The notes below the pieces were generated by a model, which searched no databases, was not told the DNA's origin, and saw only the letters and a program-made list of their open reading frames with translations. A stretch of 38,185 nucleotides of DNA from a bacterium (GTDB taxonomy: Bacteria > Zhuqueibacterota > Zhuqueibacteria > Zhuqueibacterales > Zhuqueibacteraceae), in contig JBIOXB010000065.1 in assembly GCA_044869275.1 (NCBI GenBank), positions 1-38,185 on the forward strand, written 5' to 3'. Each line of letters starts with the position of its first letter. Positions within the stretch are counted from its first letter, which is position 1. Below, piece by piece: positions 29,209 to 38,070 of this stretch. Both the position numbers and the translations under genes were made by a program.

Positions 29209-31113
29209 TCAATAATACTGCCCGCCCAAGTCCATCCAATTGAGAAATTTTCGGATCTCATTTTGCGTCAGCGCCTGGACGTTACTCGGCGCGGGATGCT
29301 TGCCCAGGCCGTTGCGGCTGCCCACGCCGAGCAGCACGTCGGCCAGCTTGCTGCGGCGGGAAAACGGTGGGCTGTTATTCTCCACCATTGGTGGATTTCC
29401 ACCCGCCATCATCAAATTCTCATAAGCCACGGAAAAATCGCCGGCCTTAATCGTGGAGAGATTCAAATTTGCCGCCGGAGTCGTGCTGTCATGGCACGGC
29501 AAGCATTTGGTCGCAATGATCGGCTCGATCGCTGCGCTGAACGAAACCACTTCGCGCTGGGCCACCGGAACATTGAGATTCGTCGGGGTTTGCGTCGCGG
29601 CAATTGGCGCGTCGTTAGACTTCGTGCCGCGCGGACCGTGGCAGCCGGTGCAATTCTCAAATTCTTCGCCGGGACGCGCATACAACCAACTGCGTTTGAT
29701 TACTATGGCGCGGCCGAGCGAATCCAGCGTATTGAATGAAATCGGCGTATTCACCGGCACGCGAATCGCGAACGAGCCGTCGGCATATACCGGCGCCACA
29801 CCCAGAATGCGCTTGGGCTCGAACTCGGTATGGCCAATCTCTCGCATATTGGGGTCATTGGGCTGAATCCCCAAGCCTTCGATCACCATCACGCTTTTGA
29901 CTTCCTGCTTCGATTTATCAGGACGGGCTTGTCCATCCCGGAGTTGGCGAAAATAAACATCTTGGTTGATGAACACGCCGGTAGTGGAATCTTTTTCAGT
30001 CGCTTCCGGAATCACTGGCGGCTTGGGCCGTGGTGTGGCCACGACCGCGTCCAGCTCTTGCGCTTGCGGATCGTCGTACAGCACACTCAATCTCGCGCCG
30101 TCGCGGTTCAGGGTGTACAAACCGTAATTGACATTCGCGGAGCTGGCGGAAAAACTCGCGACAATGCGGCCGTCCGGCAACGGGAAGGGATACTTGAACG
30201 CCCCATCTGTGCCGACGGGCACGTTTGGCGTAATGTTCACATAATCGTCGTTTTGAGGCGGATCACCGGTGGTGCGGTCGGAATTGAGGATTACCAGTGG
30301 GCCGTGATCTTGCAACACGCCATCGGATAGCACCGCGATGACCTTGCCGTCCGGCAGCTCACGCGGATGGAAAAAGTTGCGATGAAACCCCCCTTCGTGC
30401 GTGCCGAAAAACAGAAACGTCGATTGTCCATCCGGCCGGGTAAAAAACAGAGGAAAGCGGTTTTGCGTGCCGTGATGCTCCCAGCGCGTCCACACTACGC
30501 GGCCGTCGCGCATGACCACCGGATCGAAATCGTCGCTATTGTTGAAGGAAATGCACTGCGGATTGCTGCCATCGGCATTCATAACGTGCAGATTTTCCAC
30601 TTCCCGGCGCTCGTATTCATCGCGAATATTGCGCGAATTACAGCTGTAGATGATTTTGCCGTTGGGCAAATATGCCGGGTCGGCTTCGTCGTACGGCGTA
30701 CTGGTGATTTGTTGCAAGTTCGTGCCGTCGACATTCATTTCATAAATATCGAAATTGTTCGCGCCGGATTTGCGCATCGAAAAAAGAATTTTCAAGCCGC
30801 TATAAGAAATTTCGGGATCGGCCACCGCGCCGTTCGTCTGCGTCCATTGCTCCGTCAGATTCTTCAACTGGCCGTTGGGCGAAATCGGCGTGAGCGAAAA
30901 CAAATCACTGCCGCCGCGAATGAAATTGTTGTCCAAGCTTTCAGCATCCAGGGCTTTGACAAAAATGAGTGCATCCGGCTGTGCATCCAGCAGTAAATCA
31001 TCGGGTGTTGAGGTCTGGCAAGCCGCCATGATCACCGGCGCCAACAGCATCGCGCAGCGCCTGCCGGTCTGCAAAATTCTTTGAAAACTTCCTATCTTCG
31101 TCGTGCTTCGCAT
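29209..31113 (-). CDS. Di-heme c-type lipoprotein with TolB-like propeller and hydrazine-synthase-alpha-like middle domain
   Basis: Lipobox MAAC; PD40-like repeats ('DPAYLPNGKIIYS', 'DPVVMRDGRVVWTRWEH'); 'LGVAPVYADGSF'; CTGCH and CLPCH. Confidence 0.8.
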   Translation of the reverse strand: MRSTTKIGSFQRILQTGRRCAMLLAPVIMAACQTSTPDDLLLDAQPDALIFVKALDAESLDNNFIRGGSDLFSLTPISPNGQLKNLTEQWTQTNGAVADPEISYSGLKILFSMRKSGANNFDIYEMNVDGTNLQQITSTPYDEADPAYLPNGKIIYSCNSRNIRDEYERREVENLHVMNADGSNPQCISFNNSDDFDPVVMRDGRVVWTRWEHHGTQNRFPLFFTRPDGQSTFLFFGTHEGGFHRNFFHPRELPDGKVIAVLSDGVLQDHGPLVILNSDRTTGDPPQNDDYVNITPNVPVGTDGAFKYPFPLPDGRIVASFSASSANVNYGLYTLNRDGARLSVLYDDPQAQELDAVVATPRPKPPVIPEATEKDSTTGVFINQDVYFRQLRDGQARPDKSKQEVKSVMVIEGLGIQPNDPNMREIGHTEFEPKRILGVAPVYADGSFAIRVPVNTPISFNTLDSLGRAIVIKRSWLYARPGEEFENCTGCHGPRGTKSNDAPIAATQTPTNLNVPVAQREVVSFSAAIEPIIATKCLPCHDSTTPAANLNLSTIKAGDFSVAYENLMMAGGNPPMVENNSPPFSRRSKLADVLLGVGSRNGLGKHPAPSNVQALTQNEIRKFLNWMDLGGQYY

Positions 31114-31163
31114 GGTTTGCTCCTCTATTTCCAGAATTTTTTTGAATACTCGAGAGACCGTGA

Positions 31164-31213
31164 TCAGTATCCAGTATCCAGTGTTCAGTAACTGGTCACT
31201 GGATACTGAATAC
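31164..31213. repeat. Inverted heptamer tandem array (CAGTATC / GATACTG)
   Basis: CAGTATC CAGTATC CAGTGTT CAGT-A-ACTG GTCACTG GATACTG AATACT. Confidence 0.85.
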
Positions 31214-33804
31214 TACTTCATCATCAAAAGCTTCCTCGTTGCCGAAAAGCCCGTAGCGCGCAGTTGGTAGACATACACGCCCGTGGCCACACGCCGGCCG
31301 GAAGCATCCAAACCGTCCCACACTTCGCGATACCTGCCCGCGGTGAGATCGCGCTGGACCAGCTCGCGCACCACGGCGCCGAGCATGTTGTAGATGCGCA
31401 GCGTCACATTGCCGCGAAAGCCTTCGGGCAAGCTGAACGAAATCGTCGTGGTGGGGTTGAAGGGATTGGGGTAATTTTGTTCCAAGCCAAATTGCTGCGG
31501 AACGGCGGCGACATTTTCGTCCGGCTGGGGAGGATGGTTGGCGTCGAAGTTTGCCTCGCGCAGCCAGATTTCCGACACGCCCGCTTCGCCGCGGCCGCCA
31601 GTCTTGAGAATGCGCAAATCGAGCTGACCGTCTGCCGCCGCTTGCTGAGGAACCTCCAGCCATTCCGTGGAAGAGGAACCCGCGGCCGCCAAATTCACCT
31701 GTTGCATCAGATTTTGTTCGGCGTATAACGCTTGCTCCACTTCGCCCAGCGCTGCAAAATAGCCGGCTTTGACTTCATACGTCAGCTCAGGATTCAATCC
31801 AACAAAACGATAGACGACGGCTTGCGGGTCGGTAGCGAGCGTACGTTCCGCCGCAACGCCAAAATTCGCGCGGCGGGTGCCGCGGAACAAATGCGCATCG
31901 TGCGCGGGCGCGGCGCCGCAATCTTCATAGTAATAAAGCGGCAGATAGAACCCTGCGCTCTCGCGCACCACTTGCGGCTTCTCGTATGTCGATTGCAAAG
32001 TATGGCGGAGTCTGTAATATCCCGGCGAGATAAGCTCATCCACAGAATTGCGGCGATCATAATCGACGAGAATCTCACCGGCGTTCATCCAGCCTTCGAG
32101 CAGCGTTCCGGCGATGGCGCCGCTTTTGTCATGTATCAGCTCGGTTTTGAGATGGCCGGCGTCCGTCAATTTTCCTGCCAGTGAAATTGCGGAGAGATCT
32201 TCGTGCAGGCGCAGATCGTCGAGGGCGAAATCAATGCCCAGCTCGAAGCGCCGGGCACCGGAGTTTTCGGACCATTGTTCGAGCAGGAAAGCCTGATCAA
32301 ATCCGCCCCACAAGGGCTCGGGCTGGCCGGGAAGCGCGATGCTGCCAAACAAGGGTTGAAAACGCGAGGGTTGGAAGGTTTCATCTTCCGGCTGCAGCGT
32401 CGCGAGTAAAGTCAGACGAGCCGAATATTTTTGCAGCCGGCGATAAGAGGCATCTGCCAGATAAACGTTGCCCCAATGATCCGTTGCCAGTCCGGCGGGA
32501 ACTGCTTCCGCGTCGCCGGCGACACGGCTGACGGCGGCAAGACTCCGGCCGTCAAAATAAAAACGATAGAGCTGCCTAGAGCCGGCGTCAGCAAGATAGA
32601 GATTGCCGTCGCTGCGGCCATCGAAGCGGCCAATGGCGAGCACTGCGGGCGTCACAAATTCTTCTGAGCGATAATCCACAATCGGCGGCGCCGCGAAATC
32701 TTGGGCACGATACGCCCGCAACGCATTCACGCCACGATCGATTACCCAAATCACATCATCCGCACTATTAAAAATCGTACCGCGATCATCCCACGCCACT
32801 TCCATCGGTTGCGACAATTCTTTCCTGCCCAATGTTCCGACATATGAAAGCGTGAGTTGATCGGCAGGGCCGCTCAGCTTGAGCACGAGTACGCGGCGAT
32901 TGCCGGTATCCGCAAGATAAACGAAACCGCTGGCATCGACGGCAATGCCATGTGGCCGCCGCAAAAGCAGTCCGCTGTCGCTGCCGTCGTAGGCTTTGAT
33001 CCACTTCTGATAGTCGCCATAGACGATGCGGTGCCAGGCGGGATCGGTGACGAGCTGCACGTAGCTCGCAGCAAGAAACGGCGCGGTATCGAATTGTTGC
33101 ACCCTCGCGAAGAACGCGCTGGCGCAGGGCAGGCTGAAGAGCTGGCGTTGCAACCGTGCTTGCGTGAGCGCACGCGTAAGCTTGCCAATACCATACTCGG
33201 AAGACAACTCCTGCGCGACGAAAGTGTGCGCCGCCGTGTTCTCCTCGAACGCGGAAAGGGGGCGAGTGGCTGCTTCTGTTTCCGCCAAGTGATTTTGTGG
33301 TGCCGCCGTAACGGCTCGGGCAAATTGCGATAGCCCATCCGAGCTCACCAAGACCCAACCTTCAGGCCGCTTGGCGAAATGTAAATTGATGCGAAGCGCA
33401 GTGCGTTCTTTCGTGCTCACAACCAGGACGCAGGAGGCCTCGCGCTCGTCGGCGCTCAGGCTCTCGATGCCCGTGTGCGAAACTTGGAGCGTTGTCGTCG
33501 CGCTTTGCGAAAGCGCTTGCCTCAGGGCCTCGCGACCGGCAAGCTTCTGCGCCTGTGCCCCGGCTGTTGCTTCGGCATAATCCGGGGCCACCAACTGCAA
33601 ATACAAAAAAGGATCGCCGCTAGTGGCGCCGGCAGCGATGCGCTGCGCCAGCAATGCGACGGTAGCCGCATTGTTTTGCGCGACCTGGCGATAACCCAGT
33701 TTTTTCGGGTCCGGGCTGCCGGCGAACGCTGCCGCCACCATGGCGGCGAGGGCGAGAGCGCTTGCGGCGCGGCGCAAAATTCTTCCGCAACTTTTTTCGA
33801 ACAT
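31213..33804 (-). CDS. Secreted multidomain protein: NTF2/SnoaL-like, NHL propeller, Ig-like, and T9SS-A/FlgD-like C-terminal sorting domain
   Basis: SD AGGAGG; signal peptide; NHL 'PHGIAVDASGFVYLADTGNRRV'; CTD 'LEQNYPNPFNPTTTISF...GVYVYQL...RKLLMMK'. Confidence 0.8.
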   Translation of the reverse strand: MFEKSCGRILRRAASALALAAMVAAAFAGSPDPKKLGYRQVAQNNAATVALLAQRIAAGATSGDPFLYLQLVAPDYAEATAGAQAQKLAGREALRQALSQSATTTLQVSHTGIESLSADEREASCVLVVSTKERTALRINLHFAKRPEGWVLVSSDGLSQFARAVTAAPQNHLAETEAATRPLSAFEENTAAHTFVAQELSSEYGIGKLTRALTQARLQRQLFSLPCASAFFARVQQFDTAPFLAASYVQLVTDPAWHRIVYGDYQKWIKAYDGSDSGLLLRRPHGIAVDASGFVYLADTGNRRVLVLKLSGPADQLTLSYVGTLGRKELSQPMEVAWDDRGTIFNSADDVIWVIDRGVNALRAYRAQDFAAPPIVDYRSEEFVTPAVLAIGRFDGRSDGNLYLADAGSRQLYRFYFDGRSLAAVSRVAGDAEAVPAGLATDHWGNVYLADASYRRLQKYSARLTLLATLQPEDETFQPSRFQPLFGSIALPGQPEPLWGGFDQAFLLEQWSENSGARRFELGIDFALDDLRLHEDLSAISLAGKLTDAGHLKTELIHDKSGAIAGTLLEGWMNAGEILVDYDRRNSVDELISPGYYRLRHTLQSTYEKPQVVRESAGFYLPLYYYEDCGAAPAHDAHLFRGTRRANFGVAAERTLATDPQAVVYRFVGLNPELTYEVKAGYFAALGEVEQALYAEQNLMQQVNLAAAGSSSTEWLEVPQQAAADGQLDLRILKTGGRGEAGVSEIWLREANFDANHPPQPDENVAAVPQQFGLEQNYPNPFNPTTTISFSLPEGFRGNVTLRIYNMLGAVVRELVQRDLTAGRYREVWDGLDASGRRVATGVYVYQLRATGFSATRKLLMMK

Positions 33805-33830
33805 GGTTCCTCCTGAAACGATGAGCCTGC

Positions 33831-34940
33831 TCAATAATGCAGTGTCAAACCGAATTGATAGACATTCGCGGTGAAATTATTGGAGGTAAAGAAGCGTTCG
33901 TATTTCAAATCCAAAGTCGATTGCGCGAAGAGGGGCAGCTTGTCCGCCAGTGGCTCGAGCACGTAGGATATCATAAAGCCAAACAGATGCGAATTGAACG
34001 GCTCGAGCTTGTAATCCTCGGTGTAAAATGCCGTGACCAGAGGATAATTGCGCCGGTAAAATTCCGCGGCCGTTTGCGTGTAGAAGCGATAGCGATAACG
34101 CACCAGCAGACGTCTGGAGATGGTCTGATGGAATTTCAAGCCGAGGGTGTGCGAAATGACGCCCCAATCATCACCGTACAAACGGTAGTCCATCCACACC
34201 GAGGCGCGTGCCGGACGAAAATAGGTATTGAGCTTGGCGTAACCGGCGAAGCGCAATCGTTCGGCGGGGTGTCGCTCCAAACGCGGCAGACCTGCAACAT
34301 AGACCGTGCGATACGGGTTGTTTTGAAAACCGCTGAGCCTGGAAAAATCGAACCCCACGCGCATGATCGTGACCGGGCTGAGCGTTTGCGTAAGCGTGAG
34401 GTCGGCGAGAATGTTGCTGCGTGTGTATTTCGCGTTCACCCCGATCGGGTTGATGGAGTCATAGCCATAACCCAGGCTCACAGCAATGTTGGTGTTCTTC
34501 TGGTTCAAATCCTGATTGCAGCTGGCGCTGACCAGCCGGCCGGTATAATCATTTTCAACGGAATAATACGCCGTCATGCCCCAGCGTTGGGCGTTGAGAT
34601 CGGCGGTGAATTCGTTGCGGTTTTTGACATAGGTGCCGGTGTTGGCGGAATCGGCCGCCGGCTTGGAAGCTCCGGTGACGCCGTCGATCAACGGCTTTGC
34701 CGAAATGCCGCGGTAGGGCGGGATGCTGACGCGATCCAAGGTGTATTGCAGGGAAAAAACGGAGTTGCGCGCCAGATCTTTCACGAGCTGAAAAGCCGGC
34801 GAGCGTACCAGCAAGCCGCCATTATCGGTGAAGAAATTGGTTTTGAACGAAACCGTATCATCGGTGAAGCTGGTGGTGGCCGCTCCCCAAATCGCGCAAA
34901 AGACCACGAGCACGAGCAACATGCGCAAAAAGCGATGCAT
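33831..34940 (-). CDS. DUF3570-family outer-membrane beta-barrel with predicted FMN-attachment motif
   Basis: Signal peptide, 'DGVTGAS', 'SVENDY', 'NNPYR', 'YGDDWGV', 'RYRFYTQTAA', C-terminal 'QFGLTLHY'. Confidence 0.82.
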   Translation of the reverse strand: MHRFLRMLLVLVVFCAIWGAATTSFTDDTVSFKTNFFTDNGGLLVRSPAFQLVKDLARNSVFSLQYTLDRVSIPPYRGISAKPLIDGVTGASKPAADSANTGTYVKNRNEFTADLNAQRWGMTAYYSVENDYTGRLVSASCNQDLNQKNTNIAVSLGYGYDSINPIGVNAKYTRSNILADLTLTQTLSPVTIMRVGFDFSRLSGFQNNPYRTVYVAGLPRLERHPAERLRFAGYAKLNTYFRPARASVWMDYRLYGDDWGVISHTLGLKFHQTISRRLLVRYRYRFYTQTAAEFYRRNYPLVTAFYTEDYKLEPFNSHLFGFMISYVLEPLADKLPLFAQSTLDLKYERFFTSNNFTANVYQFGLTLHY

Positions 34941-35274
34941 AGCGTAAGCCTGGTTTTCAGAGGTTGTCTAGTTGGAATGCCGATCGGCATGCCGGTGGAC
35001 GAACGCGATACGCTCACCGCGTCCCTACGGCCTCAAGAGGGGAGAATGTGGAAGTCGACAGCCATGTCGAAAGCGTGATCACAAAAACGAAACGCGGTTA
35101 CAACTTTGTCCCGTGGGTGTTACGCTCCAGTTACGAGCACGTTTCTGCAAGCGCCAATCCTTCAAATGATTATTGCAATTTAAGTCCAGTGAGCGATGCG
35201 GATTTCATTTTTTATGGTATTTAGTGTTCGTCATACAAACAAGATTTATGCCACATCGTGATTTTCGGACCGGA

Positions 35275-35823
35275 TCATAAATAATAGCCCAGCATAAACG
35301 AAATCTCGATATTCTTGTTCGTCCATTTATTGATGCCGCGGCCGCTGGAAAAAATGTAATTGTTGAATTCATAGCGCAGCGCAAATTTGCGCTGTGCGAA
35401 GATGCGCGTCCCCAAGCCGAGGCCGAAGGTGAAACTATTTTGACCATAGAGTTTCGTCAAGCCGATATGGCCGATGATATAAGGCTCCACTCTCCCCAGG
35501 AAAAGGGTGCGTGCAGCGCGCGCGCCGTGATACAGCACGCGTTCCGAACCCGGCACGAGGGTGACGGTGCTGGCTTGCCTTAAGAAATTCTGCCGCGCAT
35601 GCGCAAAACCCAGCACCGCGCCGAAACTGGTGCGCCGATCCAAATTATAAAAATAACGCACGCCGAAGGCGATCGAAGTCTCGAAGCGATCGGGCGCATA
35701 AATACCGACGAAAGGCGCCAATTCATGCTCGGGCGGGAAGCGTCGTTGTTGTGCGAAAGCGGAAGTGAAAGAAATAAACATCAGGAAGAAAGCGAGGAGC
35801 GCCCGGCAACAATCCTTGTTCAT
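35275..35823 (-). CDS. Small outer-membrane beta-barrel protein (OmpA/OmpW-like size)
   Basis: SD AGGAG, signal peptide ending AFA|Q, amphipathic strands, 'VEPYIIGHIG', C-terminal 'FMLGYYL'. Confidence 0.75.
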   Translation of the reverse strand: MNKDCCRALLAFFLMFISFTSAFAQQRRFPPEHELAPFVGIYAPDRFETSIAFGVRYFYNLDRRTSFGAVLGFAHARQNFLRQASTVTLVPGSERVLYHGARAARTLFLGRVEPYIIGHIGLTKLYGQNSFTFGLGLGTRIFAQRKFALRYEFNNYIFSSGRGINKWTNKNIEISFMLGYYL

Positions 35824-35969
35824 TGAAACTCCTGAAGAATCTGAGTGGACTTTGTGTCTTGGTTGGTAGATAGTGCACGCTCGTAGAATCATGAACCGCA
35901 TCGGCGCAGAGCGCCGCCATATACGTCGCGACGTAGAACGTCGTGACGAGAATGAATGTGAGGCGAAGC

Positions 35970-36785
35970 TTACAGCTTCGACCAGCGAATGCCAATATCC
36001 AGCCCAACAGTGAATTCAACAAAATTCACCGTGCCTTGATTGCGCAAGGCGGAGAATTGACGCACATCGGCGCGCAGCCAGTTGTAGTTGTTGAGCCGGC
36101 GCGCCACCCCCAGGCCGTAGTTGACCGCCATATTCGAAACCGATTTGCCGCCGGCGGATTGTATCGGCACGGTATTGATCACGCCCACACCGGCAGTGGC
36201 ATAACCGTCGAAGCGCCCTTTGATGGGCCGCACGTAGCGCGCGTTGGCGTGCATGAGATACTGTGAAGCGATACTGCCGGCGACGTATTGAAACGTGCCT
36301 TCCAAATAAAGTGCTTTCAAATTGCGGTAAAAAAACCTGCCCACGTATGAAAAATCCCCGCCGAACGTGCCCAGGCTCAAAGAGAGTCCGCCGTCGACCG
36401 GCGGTTGCTTTCTTGTGGAGATCGCTTTCGGCGAAAATCCTGCGTTGCGCTCGGAAGCCGCGAGTTGATTCGCGGCAAGATTTTGTGCCTCACCGCTTGC
36501 TCCAGACGAGGCGGCGCCGCTTTGTTCCGTGAGACGGCGCAACTGCATCCAGCCTTTTTGTTGGTCGCGAAAACGCAATTGCGCCCAGCCTTTTTGTTTC
36601 TTGAGAATGCGCACCGTGTCGCCTGCGGCCAGCACGGCCACCAGTTTGCTTTGCGCCGAGGGCTTTTCATAAAGCGGCGTGGCCTCGTCCTTCAGCACGG
36701 CAATTTGCGCGTGCACCGGGGCGAAGGTAACCGCCAAGGCAGCAAGAAAGAAGGTGCAAAGCCAAAAATATTTCATGATCGCCAT
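35970..36785 (-). CDS. SH3b-domain plus outer-membrane beta-barrel fusion (alternative start 36776)
   Basis: Signal peptide ending VHA|Q; SH3b 'LYEKPSAQSKLVAVL..GDTVRIL...GW...KGWM'; barrel 'GYATAGVG', 'NYGLG', 'WLRADVRQ'. Confidence 0.8.
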   Translation of the reverse strand: MAIMKYFWLCTFFLAALAVTFAPVHAQIAVLKDEATPLYEKPSAQSKLVAVLAAGDTVRILKKQKGWAQLRFRDQQKGWMQLRRLTEQSGAASSGASGEAQNLAANQLAASERNAGFSPKAISTRKQPPVDGGLSLSLGTFGGDFSYVGRFFYRNLKALYLEGTFQYVAGSIASQYLMHANARYVRPIKGRFDGYATAGVGVINTVPIQSAGGKSVSNMAVNYGLGVARRLNNYNWLRADVRQFSALRNQGTVNFVEFTVGLDIGIRWSKL

Positions 36786-36876
36786 AAGTGTGAATGCCAC
36801 GAGCGGAGATCTCCTCGGCGCATAGAATCTTCTATTATTACAGGCAATGCGCACGTTTGCGGCGCGCCGGCGCGGC

Positions 36877-37491
36877 TCAAAAATAGAACATGAGGCCCGC
36901 CCCCAGATGGCGATATGGCTTCCAAGCATCTGGCGCGATGGGTACATGCAACCGGCGCTGCGCAAGCTTTAGCCATCCCATTTCAATTTGCAAATACATG
37001 GCCACTCGTTTCGCCAAGCCACAACTGACTCCGCCTGCCAACGACGGTGAAAACTTCATTTCGTTGCCAGGATTGATCGAAATTGCACCCTGTACGCCGC
37101 CGTCGAGTGACAATGTCCGCGGCCGCAAATAGACCCATGTTGCCTGGAATTCCGCGAACAAATGAAACCGGCGGGCAAGTGGAACTGGCCAGCGCAGCCG
37201 CAGTGCAATGTGAGCGTGATACCAGTCAGTTTTCAGTCTTTGCGATTCGCCGAGCCAGAGGAAGGACTGCGCCGGCTGCGCGTAGCCGAGTTTGACCATG
37301 CCCTGGATCGCGCTGCACAGTTCGCGGCCGGCGGCAATCTGCACGCCCATTCCAGGCGGATAGCCATAGTCGTCGTGATATTGAATCATGAGAGGAGAGG
37401 CTTGCACAAACCAATGCCATACGGCCCGGTCTTGCGCCGGCAAGCTGGAGGGCAAAGCTCCAAGACTGATGAGAACAAAAACTATTCGCAT
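36877..37491 (-). CDS. Small outer-membrane beta-barrel protein
   Basis: Signal peptide, alternating strands, C-terminal beta-signal 'LGAGLMFYF'. Confidence 0.65.
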   Translation of the reverse strand: MRIVFVLISLGALPSSLPAQDRAVWHWFVQASPLMIQYHDDYGYPPGMGVQIAAGRELCSAIQGMVKLGYAQPAQSFLWLGESQRLKTDWYHAHIALRLRWPVPLARRFHLFAEFQATWVYLRPRTLSLDGGVQGAISINPGNEMKFSPSLAGGVSCGLAKRVAMYLQIEMGWLKLAQRRLHVPIAPDAWKPYRHLGAGLMFYF

Positions 37492-37571
37492 GAGTAAACG
37501 CGCAGGCAAATGCGAAAATGTGAAGGTGAGAGGGCGATCGGGTGGAGTATACTGGCAGTTCGGGGGAATGC

Positions 37572-37651
37572 GGAGACGGGGAGACGGGGAGACGGGGAGA
37601 CGGGGAGACGGGGAGACGGGGAGACGGGGAGATGGGGAGACGGGGAGACAG
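37572..37651 (+). repeat. Octamer tandem repeat, 10 x GGAGACGG
   Basis: Eight exact copies plus variants GGAGATGG and GGAGACAG. Confidence 0.97.
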
Positions 37652-37860
37652 GGGGAGTGCGCGATTCTCCTATTTTCGCCTATTGTTCTTTCTCTACACT
37701 TTCTTCTATCTAGGTTTTCGCGACATTAGCTTTCCCGCCATGATCTTACCGTCTTTAGGCAAACCCTCGTTCTGCATTGCTCTGGACCTTGGAGCTTTTC
37801 TTCACAGCCCTTTTGGGCATCCACAGTCGAATTCTCATAAATAATGGAAACGACAGCAAC

Positions 37861-37944
37861 ATCATTGCGACCCCGAAGCTTTGGGAGAAGCAATCTCTTT
37901 CTCCTGACCATGTTTAGAAATTGCTTCGCTCCACTCGCCATAAC
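37861..37944. repeat. Degenerate miniature palindromic element of the GTCATTGCGA...GAAGCAATC type
   Basis: TCATTGCGA...GAAGCAATCTC paired with GAAATTGCTTC...TCGCCATAAC. Confidence 0.65.
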
Positions 37945-38070
37945 AAACGCTAGTTGGGAAATGAGCTCAAAGTTCGACCTGAAGGACAACAAACCGAAAG
38001 GAGATTCGCTATCTTAACCTGATTCGGCACCGCTGTTAACAACCAGCCAACCGCTTTTCACTCCAAGTAC

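Noticed and set aside
29209..31113. Anammox hydrazine synthase
   Set aside because: No beta/gamma subunits or other anammox genes; only a distant alpha-like architecture.
33837..35078. 413-aa plus-strand ORF
   Set aside because: Antisense shadow of the DUF3570 gene with no recognisable motifs. The same applies to long antisense ORFs over rho, rnr and lepA.
36490..36530. SGAS flavinylation motif in the SH3-barrel linker
   Set aside because: Lies in a low-complexity Ser/Gly/Ala linker and lacks the upstream Asp; probably chance.
37388..37844. ORFs with RRGDGETG repeats
   Set aside because: Translations of the octamer repeat in all three frames; no coding evidence.
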